Positions 43,936 through 55,083 of a DNA stretch of 64,000 nucleotides are shown here, piece by piece. The position numbers were made by a program, and so were the translations under genes. Each line of letters starts with the position of its first letter. Within the stretch, counting starts at the first letter, position 1. The stretch is from IMG/VR virus record IMGVR_UViG_3300032288_004964, positions 248,001 through 312,000 of that record. One strand, given 5' to 3'. Below the pieces are notes generated by a model. The model searched no databases. It saw only the letters and a program-made list of their open reading frames with translations, and had not been told where the DNA came from.

Positions 43936-45788
43936 AAGTTTTATTTTTTTTCACATCACATCGTCAATCATTTGAATTCTACTATCAATCTAAAATAATA
44001 AATAATTATAAATTATTTAAACCAGATATTTTAGTTTATAATAACAATATTGAAATAGAATATAAGGATTTAGTAAATAAATTCTATCTAAATAATAATA
44101 TTAAATTAGAGATTTATCAAGATTCTGAAAATACTGGTTATGTCACTGGTTTATTTACTGGATTAGTTAAATGCTTTGATAAGTTTGCTAATTATGATTA
44201 TGTGGTGCATCTACATCCTGACGTTTTTTTAATAAATGAGAATAAAATATTTGAAATTTTAAAACAAAATTTGTTTAGTGATGTTGAAATGTTAATTTCA
44301 AAATTTCCAGAAGAATATCCACAAAAATCTTTTTATACTGACTTTTTTATATTTAAGCCTAAGAAAAACTTTTTTATAAATTATAACAAATATAGTCATA
44401 TTGGAGCTGCGGAGCAAATTCTATTTAATTTATGTAAGAGAGAAAATATTACTTTTTTTGAAAGATATAAAGATTCAAATGATTTTAATATTCTTCAAAG
44501 AAGAATTGATAGATTTAATATTTTACACACTCATGATTTAAGAATTTTTCAAAATAACTTGATTCATTGGGATAGAAGTATCAATGATTTAGACTCTATA
44601 GTAAAAAAATTAATCTTTTTAACAAAAGATGAGAATGGAAGAGAGATTGGTATTTACAATTTAAAAGATGTTAAAGTAACTGGTCATAATTTATTCTATC
44701 CAAATGTTTTACTTTATTCGCAAAATAAATTATATAATCCAATCAAAGAACAAACCATGTCTCTAAAATTGGCTGATGTCAATAATGTGTTTGATTACAA
44801 ATATGAAAATGTATTAAATACCGAATATAATCCTGTTTTTTATTTTATTTATAACACTGATAACTATTATCACTTTGTTTATGATACTTTACCATATCTT
44901 ATATCATTTCTTGACATAAGAAGTCAAATTCCAAATATAAAAATTCTTATGAATTATTCAAATCCAACCATGAGTGATTTTTATAAATTTGTTTCCGAGT
45001 TTTTAGATTTACTAGATATTAAAGAAAGTGATATTTTAATAGTTGATAAAAATACTGAGTATAAAAATGTTTTCATATCATCATCTTACACACATGGACA
45101 TGATTCAAATTTACCACCAAGAAAAGAAATATACTCTTTTTATAAAAATATAGTTGATATAGTTAAAAGTAAATATAAATTAGATACACCTAAGAAGATT
45201 TATATTTCTAGAAGAACTTGGTTACATAATAATTTCTCCAATATAGGGACAAATTATACAACTAGAAGAAAACTAAACAATGAAGATGAATTAGTTGACT
45301 TATTAATTAAAAATGGATATGAGGAAATATTTACTGAGAATCTATCAACAATTGAAAAGATTATTACTTTTGCTAATGCTGATGTTATTGTTGGTGCTAT
45401 AGGAGGTGGTATATCAAATGTTTTATTTTCTAAAAAAGAAGCTAAATTAGTAGCTCTTATTTCACCTACCTTTTTAGATATTAATAATAGATTCAGATAT
45501 AGTTTAGATTGTGTTAATACTATTTATTTTAATAAATCATCACATGTTGAAACTGAATATTGGAAAAAATATATGAGAATTAAATCTAATGATATAATTG
45601 GTGAAATAGAAGAAGTTAAAGAAAGGACATTAATAATATCCTATACTGATGAGATGGTAGCTGGGTGGAATAGTAAAATAGAATTTAAAAAAATAGAAAT
45701 AGAAAAGTCTAATTGTAAAGCTTTAGATAACGGATTAAATTCTGCTTGGATAATTGACATAGAAGATTTGAAAAAATATATAAATTAA
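43932..45788 (+). CDS. Fusion protein with GT61-like domain
   Basis: NYYHF, KIYISRR, RKLNNEDE, F.NADVIVG. Confidence 0.7.
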   Translation: MKVLFFFTSHRQSFEFYYQSKIINNYKLFKPDILVYNNNIEIEYKDLVNKFYLNNNIKLEIYQDSENTGYVTGLFTGLVKCFDKFANYDYVVHLHPDVFLINENKIFEILKQNLFSDVEMLISKFPEEYPQKSFYTDFFIFKPKKNFFINYNKYSHIGAAEQILFNLCKRENITFFERYKDSNDFNILQRRIDRFNILHTHDLRIFQNNLIHWDRSINDLDSIVKKLIFLTKDENGREIGIYNLKDVKVTGHNLFYPNVLLYSQNKLYNPIKEQTMSLKLADVNNVFDYKYENVLNTEYNPVFYFIYNTDNYYHFVYDTLPYLISFLDIRSQIPNIKILMNYSNPTMSDFYKFVSEFLDLLDIKESDILIVDKNTEYKNVFISSSYTHGHDSNLPPRKEIYSFYKNIVDIVKSKYKLDTPKKIYISRRTWLHNNFSNIGTNYTTRRKLNNEDELVDLLIKNGYEEIFTENLSTIEKIITFANADVIVGAIGGGISNVLFSKKEAKLVALISPTFLDINNRFRYSLDCVNTIYFNKSSHVETEYWKKYMRIKSNDIIGEIEEVKERTLIISYTDEMVAGWNSKIEFKKIEIEKSNCKALDNGLNSAWIIDIEDLKKYIN

Positions 45789-46567
45789 TGGAAAATGGAT
45801 TATTATACTTTCATCAGGGATATTCTGATATAATTAATTGTTTATCTCTCGTAAATTATTATGCTGAAAAATATACTTCATTAAAAGTTTTAATGAGAGA
45901 TGATTTTAGAGAAACTTTTGATTTTTATATAAAAGGCTTAAACAATGTAGAAGGTTTGTATCTTCCAAAATCACAATTAGATAGGAATAATTTTTCATCT
46001 ATTTCTAATTTATCAATAGACCATGATATTTTATTTCATGGGTATAGTGACTTTTATAGAAGAGATAAATTCAGAGGTTCATTTCATAGTAATATTTTTA
46101 ATGTTAAAGGATTCTATACAATATATGGCATAGACTATATAAATAAAATAAACTATTTTTCATTTGAAAGAAATTTAGAATCAGAGGATGAGTTTTATAA
46201 AAAAATTATTGGAGAAGAAAAGGATTATATAGTTTATCATGAAAATGATGACAATAAAGTAAATATAGATAAAATTAATTATAAGTGTGTAGATTTAAAT
46301 GGCATTTCTAATAATATATTTGAAACTATTAAAGTTCTAGAGATGTCTAAAGAAATACACATAGTTGATTCAATTTGGGCAGCATTTTGTTATTTACTTG
46401 ATTGTAAATATCAAATTTTTCAAAATAAAAAAATATACTTATATCCATTTTATAATAGAAGCGGGTCTTGTTTAGCGGGACCTGATTGTGAAAGATTTAC
46501 TAATAGTAAATATTCGCAAAGTTTAGATCCTATTCATCCAGAAAATTGGACAATAATAAAGTATTAA
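45788..46567 (+). CDS. Putative glycosyltransferase
   Basis: HQGYSD...EIHIVDS; context. Confidence 0.5.
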   Translation: MENGLLYFHQGYSDIINCLSLVNYYAEKYTSLKVLMRDDFRETFDFYIKGLNNVEGLYLPKSQLDRNNFSSISNLSIDHDILFHGYSDFYRRDKFRGSFHSNIFNVKGFYTIYGIDYINKINYFSFERNLESEDEFYKKIIGEEKDYIVYHENDDNKVNIDKINYKCVDLNGISNNIFETIKVLEMSKEIHIVDSIWAAFCYLLDCKYQIFQNKKIYLYPFYNRSGSCLAGPDCERFTNSKYSQSLDPIHPENWTIIKY

Positions 46568-46568
46568 T

Positions 46569-48032
46569 ATGAAAGTAGCATTGCTAATATCAGGATATTT
46601 AAGAACTTTTAAATTAAATATACCGCTTATAAAATCAAAAATTTTAGACCAATTTGATGATGTTGATGTTTATATACACATAACAAAAAATGAATCTAAA
46701 GATGATAGATACTTCAATCTTACAAATGAAATTGAAGATATTACTTATATAAATAATATACTTAACCCTACATCTCTTATATTTGAAGATAATATTGATA
46801 TATCTAAAAATAAAAAGAAGAATGATGTTAGCAATCTTTGGATTAAATATTATAAGTTAAATGAACTTAAAAAAATAAATGAATCTATATCTGGTAAATA
46901 TGATTTGGTTATTAAGTATAGACCAGATTTAAACTTAATATCAGATAATTTATTTACTAATGATATAAATAAGGATATTGTTTATATACCAAAAGATAGT
47001 GTAATTGATAAATCCAAATTAGCTAATATAAATGATAGATACATATGTGATATATTTGCTTATGGTAATACTAATGTGATGAATGAGTATTTCAATGTTT
47101 ATAATAATATTGAAGAAATTGGTGATAAATATGGGTATGTATCTGAAACATTATTATACAACCATTTAACTAAAAATAATATTCAATATGAATTAGTTGA
47201 TATAGAATATAATGTTATTTTATCTATGTGTAATGTTTTTGCTATATGTGGTGACTCCGGTTCAGGTAAAACAACATTAGGTAACATATTAAAAAAATAT
47301 TTTAACAATTCTTTTATGTTAGAATGTGATAGATATCATAAATGGGAAAGAGGAGATGAAAACTGGAAAAAATTTACACATCTAAATCCAGATGCTAATT
47401 ATATAACAAAAATGAATGATGATATTTTTGATTTAAAAATAGGTAAATCAATATATCAAGTTGATTATAATCATAGTAATGGTAAGTTCACAGAAAAAGA
47501 ACAAATAGATAAATCGGATAATATTATTGTTTGTGGGTTACATAGTTTATATTCTAAAAATGATAATGTTTACAACTTAAAAATATTTATAGACACAGAT
47601 GTTAATTTAAAGAAGAAGTGGAAAATAAAAAGAGATATTACCAAAAGAGGATATACAATTGATCAAATATTGAATCAAATTAATAGTAGAGAAGAAGATT
47701 TTCAAAAGTTTATTTATCCTCAAAGAGAAAAATCTGATATAATTATTAATTTTTTCACAAATGTTGAATTTGTTTTAGATGATATAGATAAAGAATCTGA
47801 TATTTACCTAAGGATATTTATTAATAAAAAATACCCACTTATTGATATTTTAAGTAATTTATCAAAAAAAGAAATTGAATTTCAAATAGATTCTGAATCA
47901 GATGAAAATTTTAACAAAATTACTTTTTATAAATATAAAGAATGTGATATATTAGGTGATTATTATCATTTAAATAATTACTATGATTATATAATGTTTT
48001 TTATTCTATCTTTACGACAAACAAATAATTAA
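46569..48032 (+). CDS. Glycan-related domain fused to a phosphoribulokinase/uridine-kinase-like domain
   Basis: ISGYLR and RPDL N-domain; GDSGSGKTT, DRYHKWER, VCGLH. Confidence 0.7.
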   Translation: MKVALLISGYLRTFKLNIPLIKSKILDQFDDVDVYIHITKNESKDDRYFNLTNEIEDITYINNILNPTSLIFEDNIDISKNKKKNDVSNLWIKYYKLNELKKINESISGKYDLVIKYRPDLNLISDNLFTNDINKDIVYIPKDSVIDKSKLANINDRYICDIFAYGNTNVMNEYFNVYNNIEEIGDKYGYVSETLLYNHLTKNNIQYELVDIEYNVILSMCNVFAICGDSGSGKTTLGNILKKYFNNSFMLECDRYHKWERGDENWKKFTHLNPDANYITKMNDDIFDLKIGKSIYQVDYNHSNGKFTEKEQIDKSDNIIVCGLHSLYSKNDNVYNLKIFIDTDVNLKKKWKIKRDITKRGYTIDQILNQINSREEDFQKFIYPQREKSDIIINFFTNVEFVLDDIDKESDIYLRIFINKKYPLIDILSNLSKKEIEFQIDSESDENFNKITFYKYKECDILGDYYHLNNYYDYIMFFILSLRQTNN

Positions 48033-48066
48033 AATATTAGTATAATAGTAAATTACTAATATTTTT

Positions 48067-49125
48067 ATGATAAAGATTGCTTTTTATTCACATGAAATTG
48101 ATTTTGCTGGAACATGGAGATCTCATGAAAGAATAATAGAAGAATTACAAAATTATGATGAGTTCAAAACATATGTCTTATATAGTCCAGATGTGACTAA
48201 TAATCGTCTTGATATTTGTAAAAAAATACTAAATAAAACAGAATTTATTCCATTTAACAGAAGTAAACAAAAAACTGGACCAAATGAGGGATGGACTCCA
48301 ATAGAAACTAACTTTTCAGAAGTTTGTCTAAAATTAGACTTAGATATATTACACTTTGCAAGATCTGGATATTTTGAATGGCCATTTAATAATAGAAACG
48401 CCAAACTACAAATAGAAACAAATATATTTGGATATGATGATAACTCTCCATATTTAGATAGATCAATAGCTATAGCTAATGTTATTCAAAATTTGAAGAA
48501 AAAGAAATCAGATATAATTATCCCAAATCCAATACCATCAGAAACAAATCAATATGAAAGTTTAATTGATATGAGAGATGATTTTGGATTTTTAAAAAGT
48601 GATATAATTCTTGGAAGAATAGGAAGAGCTGCTAATTTTAATCCAATCGCATTAAATGGATACGCAATTGCAAAATCTAAATTTCCAAATTTAAAATATT
48701 TAATTATATCTCCTTGTGATGATACAATAAATTTTGTTAACTCTAACAATATAAAAGATGTTTTTTATATAAATCCTACAAATGATGATACTATTATAGA
48801 AAGATTTCATAAAACAATAGATATTTTTGCACATTATAGATCGGATGGTGAGATACATAGTACCGCAATTGCACAAGCTATGATTTATGGTATTCCAGTT
48901 ATATCGCACTATGCTGGTCTAAATGGTCAAGTAGAAACAATAGGTTTAGGTGGATTTTGTGTATCAAATCCTAATGAATATGCAGAAGCTATAGTAAAGT
49001 TAACAGATATTGACGAGAGAAATAGAATCGGAGAATTAGGTAAAAACTTTACAAAAGAAAGATCAGAACAAAAAAATATTGGATTGATATTATCCAAAAA
49101 ATATAAAGAATGGTTGAATTATTAA
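48067..49125 (+). CDS. GT4-like glycosyltransferase
   Basis: GRIGR, GEIHSTAIAQAMIYGIPVI. Confidence 0.75.
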   Translation: MIKIAFYSHEIDFAGTWRSHERIIEELQNYDEFKTYVLYSPDVTNNRLDICKKILNKTEFIPFNRSKQKTGPNEGWTPIETNFSEVCLKLDLDILHFARSGYFEWPFNNRNAKLQIETNIFGYDDNSPYLDRSIAIANVIQNLKKKKSDIIIPNPIPSETNQYESLIDMRDDFGFLKSDIILGRIGRAANFNPIALNGYAIAKSKFPNLKYLIISPCDDTINFVNSNNIKDVFYINPTNDDTIIERFHKTIDIFAHYRSDGEIHSTAIAQAMIYGIPVISHYAGLNGQVETIGLGGFCVSNPNEYAEAIVKLTDIDERNRIGELGKNFTKERSEQKNIGLILSKKYKEWLNY

Positions 49126-49760
49126 AAATGTCACATTTATTAAGTCCCTATGTTATAGGAGCTGAAGGAAATGTTTCTTGTAAAGTGAATGATGCTTTTT
49201 ATATTAAAGGCAGTGGTAAATCTCTTTCTTCTCTTACTATAGAAGATTTAGTTTTATGTGATATGAGTGGTAATGCACATTCATCTTCAAAAAATAGACC
49301 GAGTATAGAAACTGGATTTCATGCATGGTTACTAAGTAATTTAGATATAAACTTTGTAGCTCATACACATCCAATAAATACATTAAAAATATTATGTAGT
49401 AAAGAAATATATAATTTTTCAAAATTTAGATTATTTCCAGACCAAGTTGTTTTTAATGGACCCGAATCCTGTGTAGTTGACTATTATCACCCAGGTGATG
49501 AGTTATTAGATGGTATCAAAATATCAGTAAATGAATACTTATTAAAATATGGATACCCACCAAAAATTATTTTACTTAAAAATCATGGAGTAATAACTTT
49601 TGGTAAGAGTATAAATGAGTGTATTTTATCAACACAAATGTGTGAAAAATCAGCTGAGATATTTTTAGGATCTTTATTTAATCCTGACTATCTATCAAAT
49701 GATGATATTAATAAAATTATAAATGATAATAAAGAAAAATATAGACAATCGCTATTATGA
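49110..49760 (+). CDS. Class II aldolase/adducin family protein
   Basis: EGNVS, PSIETGFH, HTH, LLKNHG. Confidence 0.85.
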   Translation: MVELLKMSHLLSPYVIGAEGNVSCKVNDAFYIKGSGKSLSSLTIEDLVLCDMSGNAHSSSKNRPSIETGFHAWLLSNLDINFVAHTHPINTLKILCSKEIYNFSKFRLFPDQVVFNGPESCVVDYYHPGDELLDGIKISVNEYLLKYGYPPKIILLKNHGVITFGKSINECILSTQMCEKSAEIFLGSLFNPDYLSNDDINKIINDNKEKYRQSLL

Positions 49761-50050
49761 AAGTTATTTATGTAGACATTGACGAGACAATCTGTGAAAC
49801 TCCTAACCCAAGGAATTATTTTAATGCTAAACCAATAAAAGAAAATATTGAAAAGATTAATAAGCTATATGATGAGGGTAATACAATAGTATATTGGACA
49901 GCCCGTGGTAGTAGAACTCAAATTAATTGGTATGAGTTAACTAAAAAACAACTTATAGAATGGGGAGCAAAACATCATGAATTAAATGTTACTAAACCAT
50001 ATTATGATTTGTTTATAGATGATAAAACATTAAGAATTGAAGAAATATGA
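49757..50050 (+). CDS. Small HAD-family phosphatase
   Basis: VDIDET, WTARG, KP..D.FIDDK. Confidence 0.8.
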   Translation: MKVIYVDIDETICETPNPRNYFNAKPIKENIEKINKLYDEGNTIVYWTARGSRTQINWYELTKKQLIEWGAKHHELNVTKPYYDLFIDDKTLRIEEI

Positions 50051-50535
50051 AACTAATATCACATAGAGGAAATATAATAGGTCCAAATCCAAGTAGAGAA
50101 AACTCACCATCTTATATTGATACCGCTATATCAGCTGGTTATGAAGTTGAGGTTGATATAAACTATAATAATGGTGTTTTCTATTTAGGCCATGATACAC
50201 CTGACTTTGAAATAAGTGAGAAATGGATAACTAAAAGAATAAATAATATCTGGTTTCATTGTAAGAATTTAGAAGCAGCTACTCAGCTTTCTAAGTTGTC
50301 AGATAAATTTGGTGAAGTTAAATTTTTTTGTCATTCTTCAGACTCATATGTTTTAACCAGTACTAATCATATTTGGGTACATGATTTAAGTATGAGACTA
50401 AGTGATAGATGTATAATTCCATTATTAAATGATACTGATATTTTAAAATATGAGGGCAATGTAGTATATGCTGTTTGTACTGACTATATCACACTAGCTG
50501 AATTTAACTTAAAACAAAAAGGACTTTTTAAATAA
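50047..50535 (+). CDS. GDPD-like phosphodiesterase domain protein
   Basis: ISHRGN, EVEVD, LGHD, HCKN, VCTD. Confidence 0.7.
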   Translation: MKLISHRGNIIGPNPSRENSPSYIDTAISAGYEVEVDINYNNGVFYLGHDTPDFEISEKWITKRINNIWFHCKNLEAATQLSKLSDKFGEVKFFCHSSDSYVLTSTNHIWVHDLSMRLSDRCIIPLLNDTDILKYEGNVVYAVCTDYITLAEFNLKQKGLFK

Positions 50536-52109
50536 TGAGAAATATTAAATTAATAATACCAATGTCTGGTATAGGCAAAAGGTTTGTAGATGCGGGTTAT
50601 AAAGATCCTAAACCTTTAATAGAAGTTGATGGTTATCCTGTAATCAAACATGTTGTTGATTTATTTCCTGGTATTACAGATGTTACTTTTATATGTAATG
50701 AATTACATATGAAAGAAACTAATATGAGAGATATTCTTAATAAAATTTGTCCTAATTGTAAAATATTAGAAGTTTCTAATGAGAACAGAAGAGGACCGGT
50801 AGATGCTGTTTTACAAATAAAGGATTATATTAGTGATGAATGTGAGGTAATAGTTAGTTACTGTGACTATGGAACTGTTTGGGACTTTGATAAGTTTTTA
50901 GACAAAACATCATCTGGTGAGTTTGATGGTATGATTCCATGTTATACCGGATTTCATCCACATATGTTAGGAAGTGATAATTATGCTTTTTGTAAAGAAG
51001 ATAATATGAAACTTATTCAGATAAAGGAAAAAGAACCTTTTACTGATAATAAAATGAGTGAGTTTGCTTCTAATGGAACATATTATTTCAAATCTGGAAA
51101 AAATCTTAAAAAGTATTTTCAAGAATTAATGGACCTAGATATAAATCTAAAAGGTGAATTCTATATTAGTTTAGTTTATAATTTGCTTGTTAGAGATGGT
51201 CTAAATGTTGGAATATTTGAAATTGAGAAAATGTTACAATGGGGTACACCTTATGATTTAGAAATCTATAAAGGATGGTCAAGTTATTTTTCAAATATTA
51301 AAAATGTCCAATCAGATATAACAAATCCAAAAAATACAACTCTTATTTTACCAATGGCTGGCAAAGGAAGTAGATTTACTGAAAAGGGATATGAACTACC
51401 AAAGCCACTTTTAGATGTTGATGGATTACCTATGATTATTCAAGCTGTTAATTGTCTACCAAAATCGGATGAAAATATATTTATATGTTTAGAAGAACAT
51501 ATTAAAAATTATAATCTTGTTAGTGAACTTAGTTTTAATTATCCAGGTTGTAAAATTAAAACTATTAGCGAAACAACTCAAGGTCAGGCTTGTACTTGTG
51601 AGATAGGAATAAATGAATTTGATGTGAATTTAGAAAACCCTATAATGATTTCAGCCTGTGATAATGGTGTTTATTATGATAAAGAAGAATATTTAAAATT
51701 AGTAAATGATGAATCTATAGATATAATAGTATGGTCTTTTAGAAATAATCAAACAAGTAAAGTTAATCCAAATATGTATGCTTGGTTAGATGTTGATGAT
51801 GAGAATTTTATAAAGCATGTTTCTTGTAAAAAATTCATCTATGATGATCCTTTAACAACACATGCTATTATAGGAACTATGTTTTTTAGAAAGGCTAAAT
51901 ATTTTATAGATGGATTAAACAAAAACTATACAGAAAATATAAAAACTAATGGTGAGTTTTATGTTGACGATGTTTTAAATCAAAACATAAAAGATGATTT
52001 GAGAGTAAAAGTGTTTGAGGTAAAAAACTATATCTGTTGGGGAACACCAGATGACTACAAAACATATAACTATTGGAAGGAATATTTTAAAAATAAAAAT
52101 ATAAAATGA
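50535..52109 (+). CDS. Tandem two-domain nucleotidyltransferase
   Basis: Two copies of PMxGxGxRF...PKPL...GEFY...WGTP. Confidence 0.8.
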   Translation: MRNIKLIIPMSGIGKRFVDAGYKDPKPLIEVDGYPVIKHVVDLFPGITDVTFICNELHMKETNMRDILNKICPNCKILEVSNENRRGPVDAVLQIKDYISDECEVIVSYCDYGTVWDFDKFLDKTSSGEFDGMIPCYTGFHPHMLGSDNYAFCKEDNMKLIQIKEKEPFTDNKMSEFASNGTYYFKSGKNLKKYFQELMDLDINLKGEFYISLVYNLLVRDGLNVGIFEIEKMLQWGTPYDLEIYKGWSSYFSNIKNVQSDITNPKNTTLILPMAGKGSRFTEKGYELPKPLLDVDGLPMIIQAVNCLPKSDENIFICLEEHIKNYNLVSELSFNYPGCKIKTISETTQGQACTCEIGINEFDVNLENPIMISACDNGVYYDKEEYLKLVNDESIDIIVWSFRNNQTSKVNPNMYAWLDVDDENFIKHVSCKKFIYDDPLTTHAIIGTMFFRKAKYFIDGLNKNYTENIKTNGEFYVDDVLNQNIKDDLRVKVFEVKNYICWGTPDDYKTYNYWKEYFKNKNIK

Positions 52110-52744
52110 GTATAATTACAATATCAGAGCATTCAATATTGCCTGAATTAATAAAAAAAGATGGATGGATATTAGATTTAGGATGTGTGAATTTTACATT
52201 CTCTGTGGAAATGAAAAAATATTGCAATAATATTATTTGCTTAGATCCAAATGATAATATAACTAATATTCCTGATGGGTTAATATATGAAAAAAAAGCA
52301 TTAGTAGATAATAATGATAAAGAAGTAACATTTTATATTTATAATGATATTCAAGGATATTCTACTCTAAATCCAAAAAAAGATTGGTGTAAATTAAATG
52401 AGGTTATAAAAGTCGAAGCTTGTAACTTACAAGATATCATGAATAAATATAACATTAAACAATTTGAATTGATTAAATTTGATATAGAAGGTGCTGAATA
52501 CTCTATTTTAGAAAATATTGATTGGACAATATCAAAGCAGTTTTCTATAGAATTTCATGATTTTAGATTTATGAATCCTTTCTTTCCTAATAATGAAGAA
52601 TATTACAATAATTTGAAAATTAAAATGGAAAAATATTGCGACATTTATCAACATGAATGTACCGACCATGATGGTTTTCCAAAAGGAATGGGTAAAAATT
52701 ATTGGGATAGTCTATTTATTTTGAAAAAAAAATACTGGAAATGA
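52106..52744 (+). CDS. FkbM-family methyltransferase
   Basis: LDLG, KFDIEGAE, IEFH. Confidence 0.8.
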   Translation: MSIITISEHSILPELIKKDGWILDLGCVNFTFSVEMKKYCNNIICLDPNDNITNIPDGLIYEKKALVDNNDKEVTFYIYNDIQGYSTLNPKKDWCKLNEVIKVEACNLQDIMNKYNIKQFELIKFDIEGAEYSILENIDWTISKQFSIEFHDFRFMNPFFPNNEEYYNNLKIKMEKYCDIYQHECTDHDGFPKGMGKNYWDSLFILKKKYWK

Positions 52745-53397
52745 TTATTGGAAATGGATTGATAGCATCTGCATTTTCCAATTTTGAAAATGATGACTAT
52801 ATAATATTTGCATCAGGTGTTTCTTTTTCCTTAGAAAACAGAAAAGAAGAATTTTACCGTGAGGAAAAATTATTAAAAAGTCTGTTTAATACTGATAAAA
52901 AAATAGTTTATTTTAGCACAGTAAACCTATTTGATAATAATAATCCCTATTTTAGTCATAAAAAGAAAATGGAAAAAATAATATGTGATAATTTCAAAAA
53001 CTATCTCATTTTTAGACTTCCACAGGTTATCGGTAAAGGAGGAAATAGTAATAATCTATTTAATTACTTTAAAAATAAAATTATTAATGATGAGTTTATT
53101 TATGTTGAAAAAAATTCCACCAGATCACTCATAGATATTGAAGATGTTAGAGATATATGTTTGTTCTGCTTCAAGTATAACAATAAAATTTTAAACATTT
53201 CAAATATAAATACCATAAAGGTTTATGATATGGTAAATATTATGTATAAATATCTAAATAAAATTAGTAAAATTATACAAATAGATTCTTTACCAAATAA
53301 AATAATTGAAAATTCTTATGAAATTGAAGAATGTATATTATTACTTAATCTGAAAAAAGAAAACTACACTGAAAAAATTATACAAAAATATATATGA
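52741..53397 (+). CDS. NAD-dependent epimerase/dehydratase-like protein
   Basis: IIGNGLIA, FASGVS, YFSHK. Confidence 0.7.
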   Translation: MIIGNGLIASAFSNFENDDYIIFASGVSFSLENRKEEFYREEKLLKSLFNTDKKIVYFSTVNLFDNNNPYFSHKKKMEKIICDNFKNYLIFRLPQVIGKGGNSNNLFNYFKNKIINDEFIYVEKNSTRSLIDIEDVRDICLFCFKYNNKILNISNINTIKVYDMVNIMYKYLNKISKIIQIDSLPNKIIENSYEIEECILLLNLKKENYTEKIIQKYI

Positions 53398-54299
53398 TAA
53401 ATATCTCAGAATTAACACACTCAAATTTATACAGTTATCCTATTGATGATTGTATAGAATACATTAATAAAATACCTGAGGTTAAATATGAAGGTAATGA
53501 AAAAATAAAATTTCATGCTTATTGGTTTATTGGAAAAGAATTTGGTAGAAAACAAACTCTTTTGCTAAAATCATATTTAGCAACACAAAATTTAGAAAAA
53601 ACTGAATTTATTTTGTGGTGTAATGTAGATATAACAGATAATGATTTTCTTAGACCATTTCTACCATATATAACTTTTAAAATTTATAATCCAATTAAAG
53701 AGAGTATAGATACACCAATAGAAGATAGAATTGATATTCTTAGTTTAAATGATGAAAAGAACTGGTCTGGTGGTGACTTGTTTAGACTATTAGTTCTTCA
53801 TAATTATGGTGGTATCTATTTAGATATGGATATGGTTTTACTGAGAGATTTTTCACCACTCTTTTACCAAGAGTTTATGTATAAATGGGGTTGTCTACCA
53901 TTTGATACATCTAGTGATATAAATGGAGCTTGTATGGGTATTTTTAAAAAAAGTAAACTTAGTTTCGATCTTTTACAAACAATCAAATCCTTACCACTTT
54001 CACCTTTAACAACAATGTGGAGTAGTAATTTATATAAAATGGTTAGAAAAAATAATAGTAATTGGTCAGTATTACCAGCAGCCTTTTTTAATCCTGAGTG
54101 GCAAGATGATCCTAATAGAAATTGGGGATCTAATGATAATAATGCGTTTGCTGACAATCCATATAAATTATATGAAGGTGTTTTTTCTTGGCATTGGCAC
54201 AACAGATGGGATAATGATATACATCCAAATTCTAAGTGGAAAAAAATAGAAGATATAATTGAAAATAAATTAAAAAAATTAAATATACCAAATGAATAA
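53394..54299 (+). CDS. GT32-like (DXD) glycosyltransferase
   Basis: DLFRLLVLHNYGGIYLDMD. Confidence 0.8.
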   Translation: MINISELTHSNLYSYPIDDCIEYINKIPEVKYEGNEKIKFHAYWFIGKEFGRKQTLLLKSYLATQNLEKTEFILWCNVDITDNDFLRPFLPYITFKIYNPIKESIDTPIEDRIDILSLNDEKNWSGGDLFRLLVLHNYGGIYLDMDMVLLRDFSPLFYQEFMYKWGCLPFDTSSDINGACMGIFKKSKLSFDLLQTIKSLPLSPLTTMWSSNLYKMVRKNNSNWSVLPAAFFNPEWQDDPNRNWGSNDNNAFADNPYKLYEGVFSWHWHNRWDNDIHPNSKWKKIEDIIENKLKKLNIPNE

Positions 54300-55083
54300 T
54301 GTTATTATAACACAACTAAGAAATCAATCAGGAAGAATTTTAGATTGGATTTTATACCACTACGAAGAAGGATTTGATACATTTATAATATATGACGACT
54401 ATTCTGAAGATAGTACAGTCTCTGAAATAAATAATATTATGTCAAAATATAATATTAGTATTATACTAAAAAATACGGATGGTTTAGGTAAAAAATATAA
54501 TATACTAGATTGTTCTAATTCAGAGTCATATGTTTTTGATAATTCATTAAATAGAAGAATCAAGAGGTCCTATTCAGCTGGTAATTCTATTGTTAAATCT
54601 ATTAATCCAGATGCAATTTGTGCAATTATTGATATTGATGAATTTCTTGTTTCAAATAGTGATAAAAAACTAACAGATATTATTAGAGAAAATCTAATAC
54701 TAAAGAATGTTGATCAGTTAGTAATAAACTCATTCGATGTATATAACAATTATAAATTAGGTGACTGGTACACTACATCTGATGATACATCTAATAGATG
54801 GGACTTTAATGATACTTTTAGAACTCATTTTAAAAATAGATATAAATCTGTGATAATATCAAAGTCTCTTGATGTGTGTAACTCACCACACATACTGAGA
54901 TGGGAAAATGATCCAATAGTTGATAATAAAAATCTAATAGATTCATTTAGAATTTTGGATTTTAATTTATTAAGAATTCATCACTTTAGAAAACCAAATT
55001 TAAAAATTAATATAAATTTTACAAATGACTCTACTTTAATTAATAAAATGAGAATTATTAAAAATAAATATGAAAAATTATAA
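54292..55083 (+). CDS. GT2/GT92-like glycosyltransferase
   Basis: WILYH...YDDYSED, IDIDEF. Confidence 0.7.
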   Translation: MNNVIITQLRNQSGRILDWILYHYEEGFDTFIIYDDYSEDSTVSEINNIMSKYNISIILKNTDGLGKKYNILDCSNSESYVFDNSLNRRIKRSYSAGNSIVKSINPDAICAIIDIDEFLVSNSDKKLTDIIRENLILKNVDQLVINSFDVYNNYKLGDWYTTSDDTSNRWDFNDTFRTHFKNRYKSVIISKSLDVCNSPHILRWENDPIVDNKNLIDSFRILDFNLLRIHHFRKPNLKININFTNDSTLINKMRIIKNKYEKL